A DNA stretch of 43,535 bases from a virus. Under the pieces are notes generated by a model. The model saw only the letters and a program-made list of their open reading frames with translations, did no database searches and was not told where the DNA came from. The stretch lies in IMG/VR virus record IMGVR_UViG_3300007351_000024; one strand, 5' to 3'. Below are positions 15,221-23,961 of the stretch, piece after piece. Both the position numbers and the translations under genes were made by a program. Positions within the stretch are counted from its first letter, which is position 1, and each line of letters begins with the position of its first letter.

Positions 15221-16017
15221 TTGCTGGGATTTTCCATGAAGGTAGCGGATTAGGCGACCAACTCTTTAGATACATTACTGTCAGGACTCTTGCAGAAGAA
15301 AAAGGATATAAGTTTTCTATGGTTTTTCCCGAAGCATTCAAAGCAAACTTCTTTCTTAATTTAACTACTATTGAACCATTCCAACCAAAGTCTAAAGACT
15401 CTACATTTCACGCGAGTCGTTGGAATGAGAAAGAAGTAAAAGAAAATGGTTTAGACATTCGGTCCTACGACCCTGAAATTAACTTTGTAGAAGATAACAC
15501 CGTTATTGATGGTTCATTTGAAGACTCAAAGTATTGGGGACACAACTTAGATAACATTAACAAGTGGTTGCGAGTAGAACCGTTAGAAGTACCTAACGAT
15601 ACTGTAGTTCTCGGTTTTCGAGGTGGAGAGTATTACACAGACCCGAATCTTGGATTACCAAGAGAGTATTTTGAGAACGCAATGAGTTATTTTACTCCTC
15701 GTGTTGAGTTTCAAGTGCATACCGATGACCCCGATTTTGCGATGAAGTTCTTTCATAGCGTGAAAGGGAACATGAGCTTTGTAGATAACAAACCTATTTC
15801 ACATAGTAAACATGAAAATATGGGATTCAATTGGAGGTCAGCGCGATTTGCAAAGCACGCAATAATTCCTAACAGTGCTTTCTTTATTCTTCCTCGCTTA
15901 CTGAAACATCATGAAGACCCTACTGCTGTGACGATAGCTCCGCGTTATTGGGCTAGACGCAACACAAAGACCTGGGCTAGACCTGCTTGTTACTACAAGC
16001 AATTCACGTATGTTTGA
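15217..16017 (+). CDS. GT11-like / fucosyltransferase-fold glycosyltransferase (diverged)
   Basis: 266 aa. 'GSGLGDQLFRYITVRTLAEEKGY' is motif I-like, 'VLGFRGGEYY' stands in place of HIRRGDY, and 'AIIPNSAFFILPRLL' stands in place of SNSTFSWW. Confidence 0.5.
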   Translation: MIAGIFHEGSGLGDQLFRYITVRTLAEEKGYKFSMVFPEAFKANFFLNLTTIEPFQPKSKDSTFHASRWNEKEVKENGLDIRSYDPEINFVEDNTVIDGSFEDSKYWGHNLDNINKWLRVEPLEVPNDTVVLGFRGGEYYTDPNLGLPREYFENAMSYFTPRVEFQVHTDDPDFAMKFFHSVKGNMSFVDNKPISHSKHENMGFNWRSARFAKHAIIPNSAFFILPRLLKHHEDPTAVTIAPRYWARRNTKTWARPACYYKQFTYV

Positions 16018-16065
16018 TTACCCGAAAAGTTGGGTTTGGAATCTTATTCTTAGAGTAATCGAACT

Positions 16066-16710
16066 ATGGAAGCGGTACTTGTAAATTACAACTATAACCC
16101 GACGTGGGTGCTAGAATATCCTGATTTAGAGCCAATTATTTACGATAGGAGCGACGATGGGATTGAGAGGAATCTGACGCGCTATGGCCCTGTATATAAA
16201 ACAGAGAATATTGGCAATGTTGATTACGACAAACTAGGATACTTAATCAAAAACTATGATGCTCTTCCTGAATATTTCTTGTGGGGGAAATCGAACCTAT
16301 TCAAATACATTTCAAAAGAAGAATTTGATGCAGTCAAAGATAATCAAACCTTCACTCCATTGCTAACACAGAACCACCATACGTACTCTGATAATACGTT
16401 GCCTGAAGGTAATCCGGTTTGTTTCTACAAAGACAAAATGTATCACGAAAGAAAAGGCATCGTTAATACCCTTCCAGGGTTAATGCTCCACAAATACTTC
16501 GATTCGTGGGAAGAGTGGTGTAAAGAGTTTCATATTCCTGAAGTTGGTCATATTCCCTTTCCACCAGGTGGCAACTTTATCCTCACACGAGAAGCAGTTT
16601 GGAAATATAGTCGTGATTTCTACCAAAAGATGCGTGATACACTGGACTATACACAGCTTCCTTTTGAAGCGCAGTTAGCCGAGAGGAGTTATTACTTGTT
16701 ATGGCGATAA
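16066..16710 (+). CDS. Hypothetical protein inside the glycan operon
   Basis: 214-aa ORF that overlaps the next gene by 10 nt. 'NIGNVDYDKLGYLIKNYDALPEYFLWGK' is faintly reminiscent of DUF3431-type proteins, with very low certainty. Confidence 0.55.
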   Translation: MEAVLVNYNYNPTWVLEYPDLEPIIYDRSDDGIERNLTRYGPVYKTENIGNVDYDKLGYLIKNYDALPEYFLWGKSNLFKYISKEEFDAVKDNQTFTPLLTQNHHTYSDNTLPEGNPVCFYKDKMYHERKGIVNTLPGLMLHKYFDSWEEWCKEFHIPEVGHIPFPPGGNFILTREAVWKYSRDFYQKMRDTLDYTQLPFEAQLAERSYYLLWR

Positions 16711-17477
16711 TTGATTGTTTCACCTATAACGGAGAACGAGATATCTTGCGAATTCATCTTGAATGTACGCCATGGGTAGATAAGTACATCATCGTTGAAG
16801 CAAATCAGACATTCACAGGGAAGCCAAAACCTCTCTATTTCTTCAGGGACAATCGCTATTACAAGAAATGGTGGAACAAGATTGATTATTTCGTGGTAAA
16901 TAAGTGGGACGATGATGCTCTCTGGGAAACAGCACGTTCTAGTCCACTCACAAAAGGGGCAGAGCACTGGAAGCGAGAGTTTTACACAAAAGAGCATGTA
17001 CTTAGAGCTCTTCGCTCATGTGGTACTCAACCTGACGACATTGTATATGTAGGGGATGTAGATGAGATTCCTATGCAATGGAATGGTCCTATGCCAGCTA
17101 AATTACGGCTTAAAGTCTATGCGAATTACCTCAACAATCGCTCAAACGAGCTATTCTGGGGCACATACGTAGCGCCATATAATTATTTTAAGGACAGGTT
17201 GATGAATAACGAACGCAACAGGAAAGATATCCGAACCAACGAAGAATGTGGCTGGCATTTCACTAGCATGGGGGGACTAAAGGAAGTACAACGCAAACTT
17301 AATGACACTTACACAGCCGAAACATATGCCGCACCACAGATTCTTGAAATGGTTCCTGAACGCCACGCAAAAGCAGTAGATATATTTGGAAGACACTACA
17401 CATTTACGGTGGATGAATCGGAATGGCCTACGTATCTCAAGGAGAATAGAGCTAAGTTCAAACATTTATGTCTGTAG
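16701..17477 (+). CDS. Glycosyltransferase family 17-like (GnT-III-like), paralogue 1
   Basis: 258 aa. It has 'IIDCFTYNGERDILRIHLE...VDKYIIVEANQTFTGKPKPLYF', 'VGDVDEIP' and 'CGWHFTSMGG', which is the GT17 pattern (DcF.f.nE.d.L..Rl...VD.FviVEs..TF.G..Kpl ... DvDEIP ... GWHfS). Confidence 0.75.
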   Translation: MAIIDCFTYNGERDILRIHLECTPWVDKYIIVEANQTFTGKPKPLYFFRDNRYYKKWWNKIDYFVVNKWDDDALWETARSSPLTKGAEHWKREFYTKEHVLRALRSCGTQPDDIVYVGDVDEIPMQWNGPMPAKLRLKVYANYLNNRSNELFWGTYVAPYNYFKDRLMNNERNRKDIRTNEECGWHFTSMGGLKEVQRKLNDTYTAETYAAPQILEMVPERHAKAVDIFGRHYTFTVDESEWPTYLKENRAKFKHLCL

Positions 17478-18250
17478 TAGATTGTTTCACGTATTCGGGA
17501 GAGGTAGATATGCTCCATTTGCACTTATCCTGTCTTGACCCATACGTTGACCACTTTATACTAGGAGAAGCCGCGATAACGTTCTCTGGTCGCACAAAAC
17601 CTCTCTATTTTGACGAACAGTATACACAAGAGAGATTCCAAAAGTTCGTTCACAAAATCACCTATGCAGTCGTGGATGACTTCTATCATCCTAGTATTCT
17701 CAAGTACATGCAGAGGTTTAATTGGTATGAGATGAACTATCCATTCAAGATGTCTTTCAACCAAAAAGAACACCTGCAAGTAGGGTTGTCAGCACTAGGA
17801 TTAAAGGAATCTGACACTGTATATTTCGGCGATTGTGATGAGATTTGGACGCCACAAACACCTCAAAAGGAAGCGCATAAGTTGGAACAACTCATGTACT
17901 CATATCACCTAAACAGGCGTTCAACAGAGAAATGGGCGGGCACGTTTATTGCTCCTTACAAGGAAGTGAAAGAGAAAGGAATCAATCATTTGCGTAAAGA
18001 AACCACCAAGACACTACCAAATGGCGGCTGGCACTTTACGAATATGGGTGGCCTAGAGGCGGTACACAAGAAACTACGAGACTACGACCACCAAGAGATA
18101 AACACGGCGGACATCCATTCCAACCTTGAAAGGAGATTCAAAGAAGGCATTGATTTCTTGGGTAGAGAACACCGTATGTATGTAGATGAATCAGAGTGGC
18201 CTATCTACCTAAAGGAACATAGAGAAGAATACAAACACTTATGTCTATAG
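17468..18250 (+). CDS. Glycosyltransferase family 17-like, paralogue 2
   Basis: 260 aa. It has 'VVDCFTYSGEVDMLHLHL...VDHFILGEAAITFSGRTKPLYF', 'FGDCDEIW' and 'GGWHFTNMGG'. It shares the C-terminal '...EWP.YLKE.R..(F/Y)KHLCL' with paralogue 1. Confidence 0.75.
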   Translation: MSVVDCFTYSGEVDMLHLHLSCLDPYVDHFILGEAAITFSGRTKPLYFDEQYTQERFQKFVHKITYAVVDDFYHPSILKYMQRFNWYEMNYPFKMSFNQKEHLQVGLSALGLKESDTVYFGDCDEIWTPQTPQKEAHKLEQLMYSYHLNRRSTEKWAGTFIAPYKEVKEKGINHLRKETTKTLPNGGWHFTNMGGLEAVHKKLRDYDHQEINTADIHSNLERRFKEGIDFLGREHRMYVDESEWPIYLKEHREEYKHLCL

Positions 18251-18369
18251 GGTGGGTAGCAACAGTAAAAGATGGGAAGATGTATATTGCTTCTTCAAAG
18301 GAAGAGTTAGAGGAAAAGATACGCAATAATGAATGGACTAAGGAGTTTATTACAGAACAAAAAGAGTAA
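18241..18369 (+). CDS. Small hypothetical protein (42 aa)
   Basis: Its ATG is embedded in the same 'ttATGtct(a/g)tag' junction that starts paralogue 2. Its stop lies 2 nt before the next ATG. Confidence 0.35.
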   Translation: MSIGWVATVKDGKMYIASSKEELEEKIRNNEWTKEFITEQKE

Positions 18370-18371
18370 GT

Positions 18372-18662
18372 ATGCAAGAAGAAGAGAATACAGGAGAACA
18401 GGAAAAAAACAGCAGAGAATGGCTTAAACCTTATCAATACAAGAAAGGGCAAAGTGGAAACCCTGATGGAAGACCTAAAGGTTCCGTATCGATGAAGACA
18501 TATGTGAAGAATAAGTTGCTCTCAATGACTCCAGAGGAGAGAGAAGAGTTTTTAGAGGGAATTGATAAGAAGACGATATGGGAGATGGCAGAGAATAAAC
18601 CAACCCAAGACCTACAAGTAGATGCAGATGTCAGAGAACACATCATCAGCGTTGACGAATGA
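18372..18662 (+). CDS. Putative small terminase / DNA-binding protein (DUF5681-like 'GNPDGRPKG' motif)
   Basis: 96 aa, immediately upstream of the large terminase and overlapping it. The motif is 'KKGQSGNPDGRPKGS'. Confidence 0.5.
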   Translation: MQEEENTGEQEKNSREWLKPYQYKKGQSGNPDGRPKGSVSMKTYVKNKLLSMTPEEREEFLEGIDKKTIWEMAENKPTQDLQVDADVREHIISVDE

Positions 18663-20025
18663 GAGCATTGATAAGTTCTCGGACTTGTCAGGTTTCTTTC
18701 CTAAACAGCGTGAAGCACAAGAGGCAAGCAAACGCTTCAAGTTCACTTTATTTGGTGGAAGTGTAGGAAGTGGTAAATCAAGGTGGCTTCGCTGGATGAT
18801 GATTTACTGGCTCTTAAAGTACTACTCCAAGTACAAGATAAAGGGCATAAGAGCAGGATTGTTTTGTGAGGATTATCCCAGCTTGAACGACAGACACTTA
18901 ACCAAGGTTCGCTTTGAGTTCCCTGAATGGCTAGGAACATACAACGAGTCTAAAAAAGAGTTCACTCTTAAAGAGAAATATGGAAGTGGCATCCTTGCGT
19001 TTCGTAACCTTGATGAACCAGAGAAATACTTGTCTGTTGAGTTTGCTGTCATGGGAGTAGATGAAATCAATCGTAACCCTAAGACCACTTTTGATATGTT
19101 GCGTTCACGTCTTCGATGGCCTGGTATTAAAGATGTGAAGTTCCTTGCGGGATGTAACCCTCTAGGAGAGGCGTGGGTAAAGAATATCTGGGTCAAACGT
19201 CTCTTCTCACCAGAAGAGAAAGAGCAATACGAGTTTGTGTTCGTTCCTGCATTACCTACTGACAATCCACACTTAGATGCGTCGTACTACAAATCTCTTG
19301 AATCACTGCCTGAAACACAACGCAAAGCATATTTGGAGGGAAATTGGGATGCGTTTGATGAAGGCATGGATGAGAAGGGCTACTTGCGTTTAGTGAATGA
19401 CAGAGAATTACGTGGCTCAATGGTACAAACAGGAGAGCACTCTGGGTACAGAGTATTAGGCGTTGACCCTGCGGCTGGTGGAGACAATTCAGCCATAGTG
19501 TTGAAGAGCGCAAACCTGCAAGAAATCCTCTTCAATCAGAAGCTACAGAACACCATGGACTTAGTTGGAGTCATTATGGAGTTATATAGGGACTATGAGG
19601 CGGCAATGATTGTAGTGGACTCAACAGGAGTAGGACGTGGAGTGTATGACCGCTTACGTGAGACAGATTATCCTGTGAGGAATGTGGACTTTGGTTCTAA
19701 GCCAACAGATGAAACGATGTTTAAGGACATCAAGGCAGAGCTGTATTGGAAACAGCGAGAATGGCTCTTAAAGGGAGGACGCTTGTTACATAACTACGGA
19801 TGGAATGAGTTTGAGATAGTGAAGTACAAGCACATGGATGGAAACTCCAAGATTCGCATACAGCCTAAAGAGGAGTTGTTCAGAGAGGGCATCGCTTCTC
19901 CCAACTGTGTGGACGCTGCCGTATTGACGATGGCAATAAGCGACACCACAATAAGAAGCAATCGTATGCTTAACAGCGGTACTGTGTTTAGAGACAAAAT
20001 GCTCGACGTATGGCAAGGAAACTAA
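18622..20025 (+). CDS. terL: Terminase large subunit
   Basis: 467 aa. It has a Walker A motif 'GGSVGSGKS' and a Walker B-like 'VMGVDEINR'. The C-terminal nuclease-like region includes 'VLGVDPAAGGDNSAIV'. It sits upstream of the portal gene. Confidence 0.9.
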   Translation: MQMSENTSSALTNESIDKFSDLSGFFPKQREAQEASKRFKFTLFGGSVGSGKSRWLRWMMIYWLLKYYSKYKIKGIRAGLFCEDYPSLNDRHLTKVRFEFPEWLGTYNESKKEFTLKEKYGSGILAFRNLDEPEKYLSVEFAVMGVDEINRNPKTTFDMLRSRLRWPGIKDVKFLAGCNPLGEAWVKNIWVKRLFSPEEKEQYEFVFVPALPTDNPHLDASYYKSLESLPETQRKAYLEGNWDAFDEGMDEKGYLRLVNDRELRGSMVQTGEHSGYRVLGVDPAAGGDNSAIVLKSANLQEILFNQKLQNTMDLVGVIMELYRDYEAAMIVVDSTGVGRGVYDRLRETDYPVRNVDFGSKPTDETMFKDIKAELYWKQREWLLKGGRLLHNYGWNEFEIVKYKHMDGNSKIRIQPKEELFREGIASPNCVDAAVLTMAISDTTIRSNRMLNSGTVFRDKMLDVWQGN

Positions 20026-20453
20026 AGAAAAAGAAAGATTCGATTGACCTACAGAAGTTTGGAGGAACCGATGATTTAGGGAAGGTTGATTTTGATGGGC
20101 ATCAGCATGATGTGCAGTCTATTGAAGTGAAGTCAGAGACTAAGTTGACTGATGACCCATTTGAAGGAGCAGTAGCTATCATTCGTAAGTTTACCTTTGG
20201 TGCAAACCCTCAAGCGTTCAAAGAGTATAAACCTACCAAGCAAGAACTGTTCAATTCACACTTGAAAGGCATTGAGATTGCATTGTGGAGAGACGGTATG
20301 CAGATAAACACACGCATTGAACCACAGATACATTTCGATGAGAAGCAATTACGCTATTCAATTTTTGTTGGCGCAAAGCCAGCACGAGGTCATTTAGTAA
20401 CACAGACTCCATTAAGCCTACGGGAGATAGCACAAGATACACATGGCATATAG
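20010..20453 (+). CDS. Hypothetical protein between terminase and portal
   Basis: 147-aa ORF that overlaps both neighbours. Confidence 0.55.
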   Translation: MARKLKKKKDSIDLQKFGGTDDLGKVDFDGHQHDVQSIEVKSETKLTDDPFEGAVAIIRKFTFGANPQAFKEYKPTKQELFNSHLKGIEIALWRDGMQINTRIEPQIHFDEKQLRYSIFVGAKPARGHLVTQTPLSLREIAQDTHGI

Positions 20454-22422
20454 CATGAACGCAGAGTCGAAGAAGTTTCGGGACGCATTGCCCGAGGGTA
20501 TTAAGCGACTCTATACGTACTACGATGAGTCGTTTTACTATCTGAATCCGCGCAAGATGCGCCAAGTGAACCAGATTGCATTAATGAATAACCTTCAGAG
20601 AGGTGATGAGAACATTGCATCTACTCTCTTGCTCACGCTCTTTAATCGCGTCATGTCGTCCCTCTATGATAACAAGATGCAGATTAAGTTCGTGCCATCA
20701 GAGGAATTGAGTCAGAAGAAGATTAACTCACTCAATGTGTTAGCACAGAACGACTATCGAGAGATGGATAAGGCACAACTCGACTACGATTGGACGTGGG
20801 ACACACTCTTCTTTGGAAGAGGCTACATGGAAACGTTACGCTTTGACCAAACACGAAAGATAATGCGCCCCCATGTCATTAACCCTCTCGTATTTGGGTA
20901 TGACCCCTTCTTCTCTGAACCACAAGAGTGGCGCTACTACTGGAAGTGGCTTACTAAGAGTAAGCATGAGTTAGAGCAGTTGATTAACGCTGGCGTCATT
21001 ACAGGTATAAAGAGTTGCGAGGAGATTCAATCAGGTGTTGACCCGTATTTGTGGAACTACAAGATAATCAGAGACAAAGCAAAGTTTGTTACTCCTAATC
21101 CTGATGACTCATATAACGGAGATATCTACCAAATCATGGAGATGTTTGCCTATGATGAGGATGGAGATAAGTGTGTGTATTGGCTCGACAAAGATTTCTC
21201 TAAAGTCTTGTATCATTTCAAATTAGACTTACGAGATGGTGAAGATTTAATCGCTCCGAATGGTCAGGTAATAAAAACAAAGAGCAAATGGCCTATTGTT
21301 GTGAAAGAAGCGTTCCGTGAACCACACTCAACAATTAACTTCTCTGTTGCTGACCTCTTAGAAGACAAACACCGTGCTCGTTCTGTCCTTCTTAACCTTG
21401 CATTTCTTGCGGCAAAGGACAAAGCAAATCCTCTGTATCAATACGACCCTGATAAAGTGCGTGATGTCTCACAACTTCTTTCACGTCAGATATACCAGCA
21501 CATTCCTGTTACTGACGTAGTGAACGCAATCGCTCCTCTCAACACTGATGCGGCTCTTGACCCATCCCTTCAAGCGTTCATGCAGGTATTGAATACCGAG
21601 GCTTCTGACCCTGTGGGAACCAACATACAGGCTTCACCTCGTAAGTCATCAGAGACTGCTACAGAAGCCGCTATCCAACAGCAACTATCAGACCTTGCAC
21701 AGTCTTTACAAAGTAAAGTACTCCAATTCGGTGAGGCAGAGTTCTGGAGCCATTGGTATTGCAGGTATCGTCGTTACACTAAGGCTGGGAACATGAAGAT
21801 GGCAACTGTGGTAGGGGTTAAAGACGTTACTTTTGAGCTTATTGACCTCGGAGACATACAGACCAAATACCCTCCTGGTGTCCTAGTCTTCTCTGCGAAA
21901 GAAGCTGAATACAAGGAGCTTGTAGAGCGTAGAGACTTCATGGAGCTATACCCAGCATTTCAGCAGACGCTCTCTCCTGACGGTATGCGAAACTTCCAAA
22001 AGTACGTATTCTTCCCTAAGTTCCAATCCTTAGACCCTCAAACTATCGAGGTTCTTCTACCTGACTCTATTGACGAAATTACCGCTACCCAAGAGAATGA
22101 ATTACTAGATAAGAACGAAATGGTACAAGTGCAAGAAACTGACAATCACGAACAGCACTTAGTTGTCCACTCACAAGCTATGAACTCGTGGGCTAAGTGG
22201 ATACACATTGAATGGCATAAAACATTACTTGCAGAACAAAAGAAGATGCAAATGATGCAAGCACAAATGCAACCAATGCAGGGAGAGATGGGAGCACCTG
22301 GTGTTCCTCCTGAACCTGAAATCCCACAGCCAGGGGTTGCAAACCAAAACCCAAGAGAGGCGGCTTCCTCTCTTCGGAAAGAGACATTAGCAAATATCGG
22401 CCAAAAGAATATGCAACAATAA
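20443..22422 (+). CDS. Portal protein (putative)
   Basis: 659 aa. The assignment rests on size and position downstream of terL, plus a Q/M/P-rich C-terminal tail. No motif I can name with certainty. Confidence 0.7.
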   Translation: MAYSMNAESKKFRDALPEGIKRLYTYYDESFYYLNPRKMRQVNQIALMNNLQRGDENIASTLLLTLFNRVMSSLYDNKMQIKFVPSEELSQKKINSLNVLAQNDYREMDKAQLDYDWTWDTLFFGRGYMETLRFDQTRKIMRPHVINPLVFGYDPFFSEPQEWRYYWKWLTKSKHELEQLINAGVITGIKSCEEIQSGVDPYLWNYKIIRDKAKFVTPNPDDSYNGDIYQIMEMFAYDEDGDKCVYWLDKDFSKVLYHFKLDLRDGEDLIAPNGQVIKTKSKWPIVVKEAFREPHSTINFSVADLLEDKHRARSVLLNLAFLAAKDKANPLYQYDPDKVRDVSQLLSRQIYQHIPVTDVVNAIAPLNTDAALDPSLQAFMQVLNTEASDPVGTNIQASPRKSSETATEAAIQQQLSDLAQSLQSKVLQFGEAEFWSHWYCRYRRYTKAGNMKMATVVGVKDVTFELIDLGDIQTKYPPGVLVFSAKEAEYKELVERRDFMELYPAFQQTLSPDGMRNFQKYVFFPKFQSLDPQTIEVLLPDSIDEITATQENELLDKNEMVQVQETDNHEQHLVVHSQAMNSWAKWIHIEWHKTLLAEQKKMQMMQAQMQPMQGEMGAPGVPPEPEIPQPGVANQNPREAASSLRKETLANIGQKNMQQ

Positions 22423-22423
22423 T

Positions 22424-22879
22424 ATGGGTTCTAGAAATTATGCGGCAGGGCAACCAGTAGGGGACAATTCCGTTCCTCTCTATGATTCACCACCGCCTTT
22501 CAAAGCAATAGTTACATGGGCAAAGGATGCCGCAGCAGGTACATCCTCAATCCTTAACCTTTCGGATAACACAACAGCAGTTGAGATTGGTGCAGTTGGA
22601 GCGACTGCGTTCATTCGATGGGTGGGTTTCTCTGACGCACAGAACAGTGTTGCGGCTACGTCTGTCATTAGTGCAGAAGGAACTGCTAACTTCGACCACG
22701 CAATCACGACAGGCACAGTCAGACGCTTCGTTGTGCCTATAGAACGAGCTTACACAGCTAACCCTTCTTCACAGGTTGGTGCGGCTGTCGCTAATGGCTT
22801 GTTCCGTTACTTAGCAATCAAAACTTCAGGGGGTGGCTCTGTCCTAGCCACTGAATACGGAAAATCTAACAGCTACTAA
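22424..22879 (+). CDS. Hypothetical virion-module protein (Ser/Thr/Ala/Gly-rich, beta-rich)
   Basis: 151-aa ORF. Its ATG lies 1 nt after the portal stop. Confidence 0.6.
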   Translation: MGSRNYAAGQPVGDNSVPLYDSPPPFKAIVTWAKDAAAGTSSILNLSDNTTAVEIGAVGATAFIRWVGFSDAQNSVAATSVISAEGTANFDHAITTGTVRRFVVPIERAYTANPSSQVGAAVANGLFRYLAIKTSGGGSVLATEYGKSNSY

Positions 22880-22880
22880 T

Positions 22881-23099
22881 ATGGCAAAGAAAAAAGGAAC
22901 TAAAAACAAACCGAAAGCCCCTGCTTTCGTAGAAGAAGTCTCTTCAGGGTGGGTTCATGAAGAAACCGGAGATACCATTACTGAATCAGCACCTCTTAAA
23001 GAGACAATCACAACACTCTCCATTGACACAGGAAGAGAAGAAACGAACACTATAGTTGCAAAGATAAATGAAATTATCGAGCACATTAACAAGCAATAG
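22881..23099 (+). CDS. Hypothetical protein
   Basis: 72-aa ORF. Its ATG lies 1 nt after the upstream stop. Confidence 0.55.
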   Translation: MAKKKGTKNKPKAPAFVEEVSSGWVHEETGDTITESAPLKETITTLSIDTGREETNTIVAKINEIIEHINKQ

Positions 23100-23101
23100 A
23101 T

Positions 23102-23233
23102 ATGCCTTTAACGCCTAAAGGAAAGAAGATAATGCGAGCAATGAAAAGTGAGTATGGAAGTAAAAAAGGAAAGCAAGTGTTTTATGCGAGCAGAAACAAA
23201 GGGCGAATTAAAGGTGTTGAAAAGCGAAAATAA
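23102..23233 (+). CDS. Small highly basic protein (43 aa, MPLTPKGKKIMRAMKSEYGSKKGKQVFYASRNKGRIKGVEKRK)
   Basis: ORF found by hand. The 'KKGK.VFYAS.NKG.I.GVEK' pattern recurs in small phage proteins, as I recall. The antisense ORF 23108..23326 is judged spurious. Confidence 0.5.
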   Translation: MPLTPKGKKIMRAMKSEYGSKKGKQVFYASRNKGRIKGVEKRK

Positions 23234-23234
23234 T

Positions 23235-23378
23235 ATGAGCTTTATGGACATGACACCAGAAGAAACAAATGAAGACGCCATTACAAGTAACGAAGACAAC
23301 AATGAAGAAGGGAATGAAAATGACACAGCAACAGAAGATGCAGAAAGCCCGCTCGCGGATGAAGAACGTAGCGAGTAA
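23235..23378 (+). CDS. Small highly acidic protein (47 aa)
   Basis: I placed the in-frame start at ATG 23235, 1 nt after the preceding stop. The sequence begins 'MSFMDMTPEETNEDAITSNEDNNEEGNEND...'. Confidence 0.45.
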   Translation: MSFMDMTPEETNEDAITSNEDNNEEGNENDTATEDAESPLADEERSE

Positions 23379-23436
23379 GGCGATGAGTAAAAATTACAAG
23401 TAATGGTCGAGGTTTACAAGAAATAATAAAAACAAT

Positions 23437-23961
23437 ATGGCAATACGAATCCCATTAAAAGTAGTCAAGACTTCAAACAACAGTGGTGAGGTAGGTGCAG
23501 GAAGTGCCGCAGGTGTTGTTGCAATTCCGTTCACTCTTCCTCAAGACATTGACGGGGTTATTGTGAAGTTCCGAGCCTCAACCGTAGGTGGTGGAGTATC
23601 AGCATTGTTCCAAACATCTGATGACGGAGGAACGACATGGTACGACGTGGCACGCACTTCAATCGTGTCCAACACCGCAAACCTCTACAACCCTGAATGG
23701 CTTAACATCCCAGTTGCAGGGTTCGGTTTTCCGACTGTTGCAGTAGGAAGTACGGTTGCTACTGGCTCTGTATTCGGAGTTGGTTCAATCCTTACAACCC
23801 CTCGCAGTACTGCCGCTTCAACCCTCGCACAGAGGAGTTACAGCGGCCTTCCAGTCTTGGGTACTTACAACCGCGTGGCTCTCATCATTACTGGTGATTT
23901 GACTGCTTCAACAGTCCTCACTACAGAGGTATTGGTGAACAGCCAAGCGGCAACAGCGTAA
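23437..23961 (+). CDS. Hypothetical virion-module protein with a single BNR/Asp-box motif
   Basis: 174 aa. 'TSDDGGTTW' fits S-x-D-x-G-x-T-W. The composition is Ser/Thr/Val/Gly-rich. Confidence 0.6.
   Translation: MAIRIPLKVVKTSNNSGEVGAGSAAGVVAIPFTLPQDIDGVIVKFRASTVGGGVSALFQTSDDGGTTWYDVARTSIVSNTANLYNPEWLNIPVAGFGFPTVAVGSTVATGSVFGVGSILTTPRSTAASTLAQRSYSGLPVLGTYNRVALIITGDLTASTVLTTEVLVNSQAATA

Noticed and set aside
7145-18250. The idea that the sugar genes serve DNA hypermodification (glucosylated or otherwise glycosylated bases)
   Set aside because: I found no dNMP hydroxymethylase or thymidylate-synthase-like gene, no DNA glycosyl- or aminocarboxypropyl-transferase, and no dNTP pyrophosphatase or kinase in the closed genome. 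The GT families present (GT2, GT6, GT11, GT17) are glycan- or protein-directed.
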